Assembly (NCBI GenBank): GCA_965205015.1
Contig: OZ242029.1
Location: forward strand, 2,624,001-2,688,000
From: Candidatus Poribacteria bacterium
GTDB taxonomy: Bacteria > Poribacteria > WGA-4E > WGA-3G
DNA: 64,000 bases
Direction: 5' to 3'
Of this stretch, positions 20,809 through 30,386 are shown piece after piece (position 1 is the first letter of the stretch; each line of letters starts with the position of its first letter). Both the position numbers and the translations under genes were made by a program. A model generated the notes under the pieces. That model did no database searches and had not been told where the DNA came from. It saw nothing but the letters and a program-made list of their open reading frames with translations.

Positions 20809-21085
20809 TTAACGTGGTTCTAAATTTTTCAAACGTCTCTCTGCAAGGTCTCGATAGAAACTATCATGCTCGCTAGCCTCCTCAATAATGTCTTTTAACC
20901 ACTTCTTCGCAGTCTCTAAACGCTTAGGTGCATTTTCTAGTGCCGTTTGAGCCTCTTCTTCCTCCTGCTGAGCTTTTTGCCGGTATTCCTGCGCTAGCGT
21001 GGAGCCCGAACTCATCTGAGCAATGTTAGGGCAGACTTACAAAACAGAGGCTCAATAGAGCTAAAGTCTTGAATTTTAGCGACAT
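20809..21085 (-). pseudogene. Frameshifted remnant of a small secreted helical protein
   Basis: aaggag plus ATG at 21085 gives MSLKFKTLALLSLCFVSLP*; removing one C from ctgccct (about 21030) joins it in frame to the 20809-21015 ORF. Confidence 0.5.
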
Positions 21086-21097
21086 TTTGTCTCCTTT

Positions 21098-21412
21098 TCA
21101 ATGATTTACATCTCTTGCAAAGGTTTGGATATCTGAGTAATGATTTCTCAATATGCCTTCGACAATACTCGTTGGGCAATTTCCACGTTTGAGCCAAATC
21201 ACTTTTGGCGGATGTCCGTGAAGAGCACCCTTCTCACCGAAGTCTGCATCTTTTGACACGACAAGATACCCGTTGGCATGGGCATAATCCCATACCTCGG
21301 TATCCTCTGCCGTATCTAATCCAGCGTCTTGAACATGAATGGAATTAGGGAAAAGATCTGATAGTTGGTTTACGAGTTTAGGCGACAGGTTTTGATCGAA
21401 TAGGAGTTTCAT
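21098..21412 (-). CDS. DUF5615 PIN-like toxin (VapC45-like)
   Basis: MKLLFDQNLS, D.EVWDYA, SKDADF and PPKVIWL..GN motifs. Confidence 0.88.
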   Translation of the reverse strand: MKLLFDQNLSPKLVNQLSDLFPNSIHVQDAGLDTAEDTEVWDYAHANGYLVVSKDADFGEKGALHGHPPKVIWLKRGNCPTSIVEGILRNHYSDIQTFARDVNH

Positions 21413-21635
21413 TGGCGTAGATAACCATCTGTGCTTTTTCTCTGTCCGCCGCGTATGCCAGGCATGCCCGGATGTCTGTTTCAGTTAAATATGGGAAATC
21501 GTCAAGAATTTCTGCGGTTGTCATGCCTGAGGCGAGATACTCAAGAACCTCGTAAACTGTGATTCGCATGCCCCGAATACACGGCTTTCCACCGCGTTTC
21601 CCGGGTTCAATGGTAATAATATCTGTGTAGTCCAT
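21378..21635 (-). CDS. DUF433 antitoxin (VapB45-like)
   Basis: ITIEPGKRGGKPCIRGMRITV...EILDDFPYL...DIRACLAYAA; ATG at 21635 after gaggag. Confidence 0.9.
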   Translation of the reverse strand: MDYTDIITIEPGKRGGKPCIRGMRITVYEVLEYLASGMTTAEILDDFPYLTETDIRACLAYAADREKAQMVIYANETPIRSKPVA

Positions 21636-21708
21636 CTTCATCTCCTCTACCTGACAGTATGTCACGCTTGAGTGTTTTAATCCATATTTATCTGCGTGGC
21701 GAGAGGCT

Positions 21709-22773
21709 TTACTGGAGAATAATTGTATCATCCGCGCTGTGAACAGGGTGGGGACTCAGGTCATAGTCGCCACCCAACGAAATATTGTCAAGTAGGACGA
21801 CCTCTCCTGAACTCGCGGACTGGTGCATGGCGAATAGCGTCTGGACGACATGCAGGTTACCGCGTCCATACGTGATCGGCGTTTCTCCGGTGCGTAGGCA
21901 CTCCAAAAAGTGTGCCATGACGTTCCCAAAAGCATCTGGAAACCATGTTCCCTCTATTGAGGGTTTAATCTCACGCACTTCCGGCTTGGTGAGTTGAACC
22001 GTCATGTCCTCGCTATTTCCGTAGATTGCGCCTTTGGTACCTTGAATGCGGATTTCCTCGTGTGGGTGTTGTAAGTTGCGTCCGGAATCGGCGAGGAACG
22101 CCCAGTTGCACGAAAGCAAGCCTTGAATACCGTTCCGACTCTTGAAAAGCGCGAGGGAAACGGTTTCTCCGTCCTCAATAGAGCGGTTATGTCCGTGTGC
22201 TTGGCAGTAGACGCTCTCATACTCGCCGAACCATTTATAGATGAGTCCGATGTGATGCACTTGCATCGCTGGAATCAGATGACGTTCAGGGAACTCGGTG
22301 TAGAACCCATTGCAGGTTATCGAGACATGGTAGATTTCGCCGAGGTGCTCAGCGTTGATGTAGGGTTCAATCGCGAGGAAACCGGGAACGAAGCAGGAAT
22401 TCTGGTTCACCATGAGCTGCACGTTGTGTCGCTCACAGGTCTCCACCATTTCGACGGCTTGTTGCATCGACATTGAGAACGGCTTTTGGCAGAGAACATG
22501 CTTACCAGCCTCAGCAGCGGCTTTGACGATGGGGGAGCGGATCCACGGTTGCACTGCCATGTCAACCACATCAACATCGGTATCGGCAATCAGGTCGGCG
22601 ATACAAGTATATCGCTTCTCGATTTGAAATTGTTCTCCAACCTCGTTAAGGCGTCCTGCATCTTTATCACAGATCGCAGCAACGCGCAAGCCTTGACGTT
22701 GATAACCGAGCAGATGTTGCTGTCCGATACCCAACCCGATCAAACCGATGCCGAATTCTTGTGTGTTTGCCAT
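21709..22773 (-). CDS. Gfo/Idh/MocA-family oxidoreductase
   Basis: IGLIGLG and GKHVLCQKP motifs. Confidence 0.9.
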   Translation of the reverse strand: MANTQEFGIGLIGLGIGQQHLLGYQRQGLRVAAICDKDAGRLNEVGEQFQIEKRYTCIADLIADTDVDVVDMAVQPWIRSPIVKAAAEAGKHVLCQKPFSMSMQQAVEMVETCERHNVQLMVNQNSCFVPGFLAIEPYINAEHLGEIYHVSITCNGFYTEFPERHLIPAMQVHHIGLIYKWFGEYESVYCQAHGHNRSIEDGETVSLALFKSRNGIQGLLSCNWAFLADSGRNLQHPHEEIRIQGTKGAIYGNSEDMTVQLTKPEVREIKPSIEGTWFPDAFGNVMAHFLECLRTGETPITYGRGNLHVVQTLFAMHQSASSGEVVLLDNISLGGDYDLSPHPVHSADDTIILQ

Positions 22774-22810
22774 TGCGTCGATTGTCCTCCAACGCAGCGC
22801 TGTGAGACAG

Positions 22811-24073
22811 TTAGATGCCTAACCCTTCGTCAATTTCGCGCTGGTATGTATTAATGGATTCATCCAGCATCTGATCCATTTGAACGATCTGTCCGGTTGC
22901 TCCCGACTCAAGCATGGCATAGGAAAGGGCGACAGACCGGGTCCCCTGATACGCGTCAACCTCAACCTCACTGTTTCCAGCGATAGCCTCAGCGAAATCC
23001 CCATATTCAATAGCGATAATCTTCGGGTCAATTTGCGTAAACGGCAATTCATATTTCCACAACCGGTCCCCACCGAAGAGGTCTGTTGTGACGGCATCTA
23101 AGCGGAAGTCAGGCACGAGGTCCAAGAGTCGCGCGTCGTTAATGGTCTCCTGTCCGTTGATATTGAGGGTGATAATTCCGCCGCTCCGGTCGCCGGGGAG
23201 CGTCATAGAGCCTTGGGATCCGTGGATTTTCCGAAGCCAACCGCCTTGTCCCCAGGCGCCGTGGTCCTCAATATATTGCCCGACAACACCGCTTTTGAAA
23301 GTCAAGGTCGCATACGCCGCATCCTCTGCAGTCGCCTCAAATTCAGCAGGCATCTTGCGTTGCCATTTCGTATACACCCCAGCAGGATTCGAGCCGGATT
23401 CGCCTGTCACTGCGGCAGCATTATACCGGATCGGTTCATGAAGCCGGGTCTGTGCATAGATTGTATCAATATCACCCAGAAGATACTCGATCATGTCCGC
23501 ATAGTGAACGCCGACATCAAGCAATACACCACTTTGGTCTTTCTGGTGTCGCCAGACGGAGATAGTCATACGATTTGTGCCACCGATTGCCTGGTGAATG
23601 AGAAAACGGGGGCTGCCGATGACTTCCGCTTCCAGGAGTGCTTTTGCGAGCCGATTGATCGGGTCGCGCCGATAGTTTTCTGCGACACTCAGAATTGCCT
23701 CGGACGCATCGGCGGCACGGCGAATGAGATTACACGCTCGAACGGTTAATCCCATCGGTTTTTCGACCATCGTGTGCCACCCCCGCTCAAGGGTTTCAAT
23801 GGCGACGGTGTGATGATAGGGGGGTGTCGTTGTTACATCCACAGCATCCACGCCGACTTCAGCAAGTTCTTCCAGACTCTCAACCACAGCAGGCTTCTGA
23901 CCGAAACGTTCTTCTGCTTGCGTAGCGAGTGACTCGGCGTTCGCGAGGACAGGGTCACAAGCACCGACGAGGTCAAACCGCGTCCATCCGACTCGATGAA
24001 GTTCTGCTAACCCGTACATGTGTCGGTGTCCCATACCGCCACATCCAACGATTGCCAATCTAATTTTGTCCAT
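22811..24073 (-). CDS. Gfo/Idh/MocA-family oxidoreductase
   Basis: LAIVGCGGMG, VEKPM and GVLLDVGVHYAD motifs. Confidence 0.9.
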   Translation of the reverse strand: MDKIRLAIVGCGGMGHRHMYGLAELHRVGWTRFDLVGACDPVLANAESLATQAEERFGQKPAVVESLEELAEVGVDAVDVTTTPPYHHTVAIETLERGWHTMVEKPMGLTVRACNLIRRAADASEAILSVAENYRRDPINRLAKALLEAEVIGSPRFLIHQAIGGTNRMTISVWRHQKDQSGVLLDVGVHYADMIEYLLGDIDTIYAQTRLHEPIRYNAAAVTGESGSNPAGVYTKWQRKMPAEFEATAEDAAYATLTFKSGVVGQYIEDHGAWGQGGWLRKIHGSQGSMTLPGDRSGGIITLNINGQETINDARLLDLVPDFRLDAVTTDLFGGDRLWKYELPFTQIDPKIIAIEYGDFAEAIAGNSEVEVDAYQGTRSVALSYAMLESGATGQIVQMDQMLDESINTYQREIDEGLGI

Positions 24074-24111
24074 GCTATCTCCCCGCATCTGACGCACTGT
24101 GTGCGTCTACT

Positions 24112-25572
24112 TTATTGATTAAGAAGCCTTTCTAACCGCTGAAGATCGATCTCCATTTGTGCTGCATTATCACGGTAATATTGAGAGCGGTTCATCACCT
24201 TCTTCGCATATCTTTTACCTCTGCTAATAAGGGGACCGCGTATTTTCACCTTACTGGGACCGACATTATATGCTCCGAGTGCCAAAGTCAAGTTGTTCAA
24301 ATGTTTTTCATGGAGCATCTTAAAGTAAGTCAAACCCGCGTGCAAGTTTTTGTGTGAGTCAAATCGTTCATCTACCTTCGGATCAAGTTTCGGTTTCCGT
24401 TTATTTTGGTACTGCGGCACCTTAAGCCCAAATTCCCGTGCGGTATCAGGCATGAGCTGCATCAAGCCTCCTGCTCCGTTTTTCGACACGGCAATCGGGT
24501 TAAATTTAGATTCCGTATGAATAATAGCAAGCATGAGTGCTGCATCAATGTCATATTCCCGAGCGATTTGGGCAGCCTTGTATTGGTTATTAGCCATCAG
24601 TCTTCGGTTTTCGACTTCTTTGCTGGTTGCTGGTTGCTGGTTGCTGCCTGCTGACCGTGAAATAGGTTGTGGTCCCCCAAAGGACATCCCTATTGAAGCG
24701 AGATGTCTGTGCTTGAAATCATCGTGATTCAAATATGTATAATGAAACTGTTTTCCTAATTGGTTAAGTGAGAACCCTATACTCCAAAATTGAGAAGGAG
24801 TTTCAGTACCGAAGGTAAACATTGATCCGACGCGAGCGGCGATGGTTCTATTTCCGATTTCTACGCTTGTACCAAAATGGGGATGGAGAATATCGAGTCG
24901 ATTATGCCATCGGATAATCGGGTGAGGTGTTAGGACTGCGCCGAGAGCAAGTTGCTGATCAAAGGTTTTCAACACCTGACCCTCTCTATGGCGAATGGTT
25001 ACACCGGCAATATCGCGGAGTCGCATCCCTACAGCAAGGTGAGGGTTAATCTCTGTGAGTACACCAACATCATAATTTGGTGCCCAGAGGCTACCGTAAT
25101 AAGGTGCCCGACTATATCCAGTGCTGGCACCCAGTTGAAAAGCACCGAACCGCCGTGCATAAGAAAAAAGTGCTTGATTATTGCCGAGTTTGAAACTACC
25201 AACTGGGTTCGCGGTATGTTCTACGAGAAATCGATCGCTGCGGTTTAAATCGAGGAAATTTACACCAAATGTGCCAATATATTTGATAGGATAAGCGATG
25301 GAGACAGCACCTTGGGAGAGGTCGTAAATCAGGTTTCCGCGTTCCAACGTGGCAAGTCCCGCGGGATTCCAGAGCGGACTTGTTGCGTCATCTGCGCTGC
25401 TAATAAACGCGCCGCTCAACCCAAGTCCACGCGTGCCGACTTCGGGTCTCAGGTTGAGCGGGTCTGACAATGTGATTTCTTGACTGAGAAAATACGCGAA
25501 TACGAGAAAAACAATTGTTACGAGTAGCAAACCCTGTTTATGGTATAATGATGTGATGCGTTGGATTTTCAC
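24112..25572 (-). CDS. PorV/FadL-like beta-barrel fused to a C-terminal SLT lytic transglycosylase
   Basis: N-terminal GTRGLGLSGAFISSADDATSPLWNPAGLA followed by alternating beta-strands; C-terminal AIIHTESKFNP.AVS..GAGGLMQLMP and ALGAYNVGP; probable GTG start at 25572. Confidence 0.75.
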   Translation of the reverse strand: MKIQRITSLYHKQGLLLVTIVFLVFAYFLSQEITLSDPLNLRPEVGTRGLGLSGAFISSADDATSPLWNPAGLATLERGNLIYDLSQGAVSIAYPIKYIGTFGVNFLDLNRSDRFLVEHTANPVGSFKLGNNQALFSYARRFGAFQLGASTGYSRAPYYGSLWAPNYDVGVLTEINPHLAVGMRLRDIAGVTIRHREGQVLKTFDQQLALGAVLTPHPIIRWHNRLDILHPHFGTSVEIGNRTIAARVGSMFTFGTETPSQFWSIGFSLNQLGKQFHYTYLNHDDFKHRHLASIGMSFGGPQPISRSAGSNQQPATSKEVENRRLMANNQYKAAQIAREYDIDAALMLAIIHTESKFNPIAVSKNGAGGLMQLMPDTAREFGLKVPQYQNKRKPKLDPKVDERFDSHKNLHAGLTYFKMLHEKHLNNLTLALGAYNVGPSKVKIRGPLISRGKRYAKKVMNRSQYYRDNAAQMEIDLQRLERLLNQ

Positions 25573-26503
25573 TTCTGCCTTTGTACCTAATTTCAAAATG
25601 TAAATGGGGTCCTGTTGAGATACCCGTGTTCCCGGAAAGCCCAATGATCTTTCCCTGTGGGACAGTTTGTCCAACTCTCACTCTAATACGTGACAAATGT
25701 CCATACCATGTCGTGAAATTATCCTCGTGTTCTATACCGATAACTTTACCGTAGCCATTGTTGGGACCAGCAAAGATTACTTTACCTGCTCTGGATGCAT
25801 ATACGCGTGTTCCTATGGCAGCCCGGAAATCTATACCCTCGTGAAGTTGGTAACGCCTCGTTACGGGATGATACCGGTAGCCATACCTTGAAGTCACAAC
25901 TAACGGGATGTGAAGTGGATGTGCGAAGGCAATAGGGGGCTCACCATTTGGTATCCGTATTTTTGCGCCGATCTGGAGGCGGTGTGGTGAAGAGATACCG
26001 TTGACCTTCTGCAAATCTCGCCACTTAACCTTATGACGATGGGCAATGCCGGTTAAGGTGTCACCTGCTTTAACGGAATACCAGATCTCCCGAGTAGGGC
26101 TTACAGACCTTGGCAATTTGTTATCCGCTTGTATCCGTATTTTTGCGCCGATCTGGAGGCGGTGTGGTGAAGAGATACCGTTGACCTTCTGCAAATCTCG
26201 CCATTTAACATTATGGCGGCGGGCGATACTCGTTAAGGTATCTCCAGGTTTAACCTGATACCAAACCTCTTGAGCAAGTCCGCCGGGGATCAGAATTTTT
26301 TCTCCGATCTGTAACCGTTTCGTCGGCTGAATGCTGTTAGCCTGTATAATTGACTTGAGAGGTACTTTGTATTTCCGAGAAAGCCCCCACAGTGTATCTC
26401 CTTTTTGCACCAAATGCTGTTGTACATCAGCACTTAATTCGACTCCGGTGATTATCAATACAGACACAATAACTATAACAATACGAATCAATTTTCTCTT
26501 CAT
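25538..26503 (-). CDS. LysM x3 plus M23 peptidase (murein hydrolase)
   Basis: Three LysM repeats (VQKGDTL, VKPGDTL, VKAGDTL); HEGIDF, YGHLS and STGPHLHFE motifs; LysM2 and LysM3 share 73 identical bp at 180-bp spacing. Confidence 0.92.
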   Translation of the reverse strand: MKRKLIRIVIVIVSVLIITGVELSADVQQHLVQKGDTLWGLSRKYKVPLKSIIQANSIQPTKRLQIGEKILIPGGLAQEVWYQVKPGDTLTSIARRHNVKWRDLQKVNGISSPHRLQIGAKIRIQADNKLPRSVSPTREIWYSVKAGDTLTGIAHRHKVKWRDLQKVNGISSPHRLQIGAKIRIPNGEPPIAFAHPLHIPLVVTSRYGYRYHPVTRRYQLHEGIDFRAAIGTRVYASRAGKVIFAGPNNGYGKVIGIEHEDNFTTWYGHLSRIRVRVGQTVPQGKIIGLSGNTGISTGPHLHFEIRYKGRSENPTHHIIIP

Positions 26504-26602
26504 TTGATACCCTAAGACAATACAAAGCGAAGACAGACGCTGTCGGGATGTCAAACGCATTAAACGGCTATCGCTTGTTAAGACAGGCTGTGCTTCTATG
26601 TG

Positions 26603-27133
26603 CTAATTTTTAACGGTTAGCAGCACCGTTTTCGTTTCCGAAAAAATTTGGGTATCGGTATCAATTCCAGAGGTGCCGACTGAAACAACTTCACTAATCA
26701 CGGTGACAACAAGTTGGATGACTTCAACTTGAACGTTCTCTCCATTGAGTGCTTGGGGAGCAGTCCACGTAATTGCATTTTCGTTCGCTGCGGAAAGTTT
26801 CCCATGTTTGGTAATATTCAGCCAATTCAATGTGACACTGGTACCTCTAACCCCTGTGACGGAGGCAGTGAGTTCCACCTCTTCACCGGGTTCTACCATT
26901 TTCTTCGTAACGGTGATTTTTACGTCAAGATCGGCAATCTGCCCCGTTGTCTCCTCAGCGTCCAGGTTTTGTGCAAGTTCAACAACATCGTCGGTATTTT
27001 CACTACCCTCGGTGGTTGTATCCCCTTCTGAGACGGGATTGTTGAGATTGCTTCCACCGCAGCCCGCGTAACTTAATACAAAACCTACGAGGAGAATGTA
27101 AAAAGATATTGTAAAGAATCGAAATCTTCTCAT
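26603..27133 (-). CDS. Hypothetical lipoprotein with an Ig-like beta domain
   Basis: Lipobox YAGC; beta-rich C-terminus. Confidence 0.7.
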   Translation of the reverse strand: MRRFRFFTISFYILLVGFVLSYAGCGGSNLNNPVSEGDTTTEGSENTDDVVELAQNLDAEETTGQIADLDVKITVTKKMVEPGEEVELTASVTGVRGTSVTLNWLNITKHGKLSAANENAITWTAPQALNGENVQVEVIQLVVTVISEVVSVGTSGIDTDTQIFSETKTVLLTVKN

Positions 27134-27272
27134 GGCACCATCCTCTCTTCATATTTATTAGATCAATCGAAACGCTTATACGTTTTGAGACTAATACGAC
27201 TCCTGTTTCGTTTGAAAAAACGAGTCGCGAAGAGAGTTGGTTACAGAAAATCAGACAGATTGAAAAATAGAA

Positions 27273-27303
27273 GGTTCGGCTGGGAAGTGATCTCAGCCGA
27301 ACC
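27273..27303 (-). terminator. Rho-independent terminator after the cytochrome c gene
   Basis: Stem ggttcggctg...cagccgaacc followed by a U-rich tract on the minus strand. Confidence 0.65.
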
Positions 27304-27309
27304 GATTCT

Positions 27310-28095
27310 TTATTTTTTTCTGCTTTCTATTTCCTGGCGCAGGAATGCGAGAATATCGGCAATGTCCTGATCACTAAGGATGTCAGGTGCATAGAACGGC
27401 ATAAGATATCCGCCGCCGCGAATTTTAATAGCCCAACGCACCATTGTCTTATCAATATCGCGAGGTGCTCTGGAGCGAACAAGTTGCGGACCGATGCCGG
27501 CTTTATTGGCTGCTGGATGGCAGACGATGCATGCGCGTCCAAAAAGTTCCCATCCCTTGTTTGAATCACCCCTCATAGCACCGATTTTCTCACCCGCGGC
27601 TTTTTTCGCATCATCGTCAAGCATTGCAATTTCAAATTCCGGACCTTTATTATCTCCGGAGATAACTTCAAAATAAGCCATGAGTGCTTCGGCGTGTTCT
27701 GCTGGAATAGCAGTGGGATTCACTTTATCGTGTGGAACTCGCTGTAAGAAATGCTCATAACAGAAACCGCCGCCGCCAGCTGCACGTGCGAAATCCGCGC
27801 CTTTAATCATTCCACCTTTGGCTTCTCCGCGGTGAGGAACACCAACAACACTGTGACCTGCTCGAATCAGGCCGTCTGGATTTGCTGACTCATCGAAATC
27901 CGCGTGGCAGTTTGCACAGGAAAGACCAGTTGCATAACCTTGCTTATTCCCTGGTTTAATTGTTCCCTTAAAAGTTGGATCGTGGAAAAGTTCGCGCCCC
28001 AGTTGCGCTTTGTCTGACATTTGGGCTTGTGTGAGAAGGATAAATCCTACAATCAAAACGCCACAGAGGCCAAATGAAACAAATTTACGCATCAT
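27310..28095 (-). CDS. Periplasmic diheme c-type cytochrome, TsdA/SoxA-like architecture
   Basis: Signal peptide; CANCH and CIVCH motifs; extra Cys (GFCYEH); C-terminal MP. Confidence 0.8.
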   Translation of the reverse strand: MMRKFVSFGLCGVLIVGFILLTQAQMSDKAQLGRELFHDPTFKGTIKPGNKQGYATGLSCANCHADFDESANPDGLIRAGHSVVGVPHRGEAKGGMIKGADFARAAGGGGFCYEHFLQRVPHDKVNPTAIPAEHAEALMAYFEVISGDNKGPEFEIAMLDDDAKKAAGEKIGAMRGDSNKGWELFGRACIVCHPAANKAGIGPQLVRSRAPRDIDKTMVRWAIKIRGGGYLMPFYAPDILSDQDIADILAFLRQEIESRKK

Positions 28096-28226
28096 GAATC
28101 TCCTTTCAAAATAAAAACTTCAAATATCTTACTAAGTATTTAATTTATTGTCAAGAAAAAAATAAGGAAATACGTTTTACACTGAATATTGGGTTCGTAT
28201 GGTTCTAATTTTCGCCTAAAAATTAT

Positions 28227-28790
28227 TTAAATTGGCTCCAAAACAGCGATATAAGGTAAATTTCGATACTGCTGTGCGTAGTCAAGTCCGTATCCAACGA
28301 CGAAAGTATCTGGAATTTCAAAGCCGATATAATCAACAGCAACAGGCACTTGGCGTTGAGAAGGTTTATCGAGTAGCGTACAGACTTTAACGGTTTTTGG
28401 GTTCAATGTCTGCAAGTGTTCGCAAAGAGAATTTAAAGTCCGTCCTGTATCGACAATATCTTCTACAATAAGAACATGCCGCTGTTCAAGGTAATCACTA
28501 CCGCCACGGATGAGTTGCACTGTTGAGGGCTGTGTACTGTCGTGGTAACTCGCGAGTTGCACGAACTCAAAGCGAAGTGCGACTTCTCTCGTTTGACTTT
28601 CAAGCTGCGCCTTGAAGATGGCACGTGCAAGATCCGCGAAAAAAAGGACGCTACCCCTAAGGACACCAAGTAGAACCAACTCCTTGTTCTCATAATCGGT
28701 GAATATTTGCGTTCCGAGTTCACGAATGCGGTTCTGAAGGCAGGATTCAGAAATGAGAACGGATTCAGGGAAGGGTTTAGTCACTGACAT
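28227..28790 (-). CDS. hpt: Hypoxanthine phosphoribosyltransferase
   Basis: VLIVEDIVDTGRTL, LLDKP and FVVGYGLDY motifs; ATG at 28790 overlaps the end of tilS. Confidence 0.92.
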   Translation of the reverse strand: MSVTKPFPESVLISESCLQNRIRELGTQIFTDYENKELVLLGVLRGSVLFFADLARAIFKAQLESQTREVALRFEFVQLASYHDSTQPSTVQLIRGGSDYLEQRHVLIVEDIVDTGRTLNSLCEHLQTLNPKTVKVCTLLDKPSQRQVPVAVDYIGFEIPDTFVVGYGLDYAQQYRNLPYIAVLEPI

Positions 28791-30252
28791 AACGTAAGTA
28801 GAGACATTGCCGCGTGCTCGGATGAATCTTGAACGGTTCACTGGTTGTATAACCAACGATCCAGAGAATTTCGTCGCCACAAACCAGCATTGGAATGCGA
28901 TCACGTTCGTCTCGAGGCACCTTGACGTCTATCATGAAATCCTTAATCTTTTTCGTTCCTTGCATACCATAGGGTTGAAATCGGTCGCCTTGTTGTCTAT
29001 TGCGTACTGTAAGCGGAAATGCTTCTGAAGGGAGATCTACCAACGCCCCCCTTACCTTTTCATAATCAAAAATTGCTTCAAATCTTCCATCTGGTAACGT
29101 GAGCACCTCGCGGGACTGGATATCGCCCAATTCAGCGATGATTGCTGTATTTAAAGCGGCGATAAACGTTTTACCGGGAACAGCCAACGGATACGCGAAG
29201 TGCTTAGTCTCAATCGGAAACGACAATCCGGAACTTGTATTCACGTCAAAGATAAGGCATTGATATACACGTCGGAATCGTAATCCGTTTGGAAGTGCCA
29301 ACAGAGCACTCGGGGTATCCCCTTTGATAAGGCCCAGCATCGTTTCACAGTGCGTAAAATAGAGATCACCCGTATCCTCTAACATTTCAAAGAAGCTCTG
29401 CCGAAGCACCCGTCTCTGTACTGCGATGTGAAACTGTAGGAACTTCGCTCTGTCCAACACGACGCTTTCCGATGTTGCGAGTGCCTTAACCTTATCTGGA
29501 TCTCGAACACGGCAGGTCTCAAACGCCTCTTGCGCAACTGTGTCGAGATATTCCGATTCGGCACCTAATACATCAGCAGTCCGGCTCAATCCGACTCTGA
29601 TATTCGGATTATAGTCGCTTTCGAGCTTCGGTATCAACTCATGACGGATACGATTGCGGAAATAGCGGATATCCGTGTTGGTTGAATCATGCCGTGGCAC
29701 TAACCCCTTGGACGTAAGGAACGCTTCAATCTGTTGCCGTGTAAACCCCGCGAGGGGTCGAATAAACTTAAAATCCCTGACGGGAGGAATCCCTTTCATT
29801 CCAGTGGATCCGCTCCCGCGAATGAGGTTCATTAGGACCGTCTCGACGGTATCGTCCTGATGGTGTCCGAGAGCGACCTTAGTCGCACCGGTTTGCTTGC
29901 AGATTTCCTCAAAAAATTGGTACCTCGCTCTCCGAGCCGCTGCCTCCACAGAGAGTTTCCACTGCTTCCCTAAATCAAGCACTTCGGCACGCTGGATAGT
30001 GCAAGACACTCCTAAGTGCGCCGCGTGCTGCTGGACAAAGTCGGCATCCGCATCCGCATCCGGACGAAGACAGTGATTTAGGTGAACGACATGAAGGTGG
30101 CAGTTGAGTTGCGAACGTAAGGCATGCAAACCGTAGAGGAGTGCGAGGGAATCCGCACCGCCTGAGACTGCAACAAGCACTGTTTCGTCGTTCTTAATCA
30201 TCGCGTGCCGCAAAATGAAGCGGTGCATCTGTCGCACAAAGTTGGCTGCCAT
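28777..30252 (-). CDS. tilS: tRNA(Ile)-lysidine synthetase
   Basis: AVSGGADS, EAAARRARY, GHHQDD..ET, RNRIRHEL and KKIKDFMID.KVP motifs. Confidence 0.95.
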   Translation of the reverse strand: MAANFVRQMHRFILRHAMIKNDETVLVAVSGGADSLALLYGLHALRSQLNCHLHVVHLNHCLRPDADADADFVQQHAAHLGVSCTIQRAEVLDLGKQWKLSVEAAARRARYQFFEEICKQTGATKVALGHHQDDTVETVLMNLIRGSGSTGMKGIPPVRDFKFIRPLAGFTRQQIEAFLTSKGLVPRHDSTNTDIRYFRNRIRHELIPKLESDYNPNIRVGLSRTADVLGAESEYLDTVAQEAFETCRVRDPDKVKALATSESVVLDRAKFLQFHIAVQRRVLRQSFFEMLEDTGDLYFTHCETMLGLIKGDTPSALLALPNGLRFRRVYQCLIFDVNTSSGLSFPIETKHFAYPLAVPGKTFIAALNTAIIAELGDIQSREVLTLPDGRFEAIFDYEKVRGALVDLPSEAFPLTVRNRQQGDRFQPYGMQGTKKIKDFMIDVKVPRDERDRIPMLVCGDEILWIVGYTTSEPFKIHPSTRQCLYLRYVSD

Positions 30253-30312
30253 GAGATATGCCTATTTTTGACAGCAAGTTTTGGAAACTCGCAACGGATG
30301 CCAAAAAGGCGA

Positions 30313-30386
30313 TGCCGGTGCGGAGAGTCGAACTCCGGACAGCACGATTATGAGTCGTGTGCTCTAAACCACTGAGCTACACCGGC
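30313..30386 (-). tRNA. tRNA with CAT anticodon (elongator Met or Ile2)
   Basis: GCCGGTGTAGCTCAGTGGTTTAGAGCACACGACTCATAATCGTG...GTTCGACTC...CACCGGCA cloverleaf; CCA not encoded. Confidence 0.9.

Noticed and set aside
20580-20812. Possible gene fragment (MEYRDITQETV...) downstream of the dehydratase
   Set aside because: Too short, no clear RBS, and the similarity to nuclease N-termini is too weak to support.
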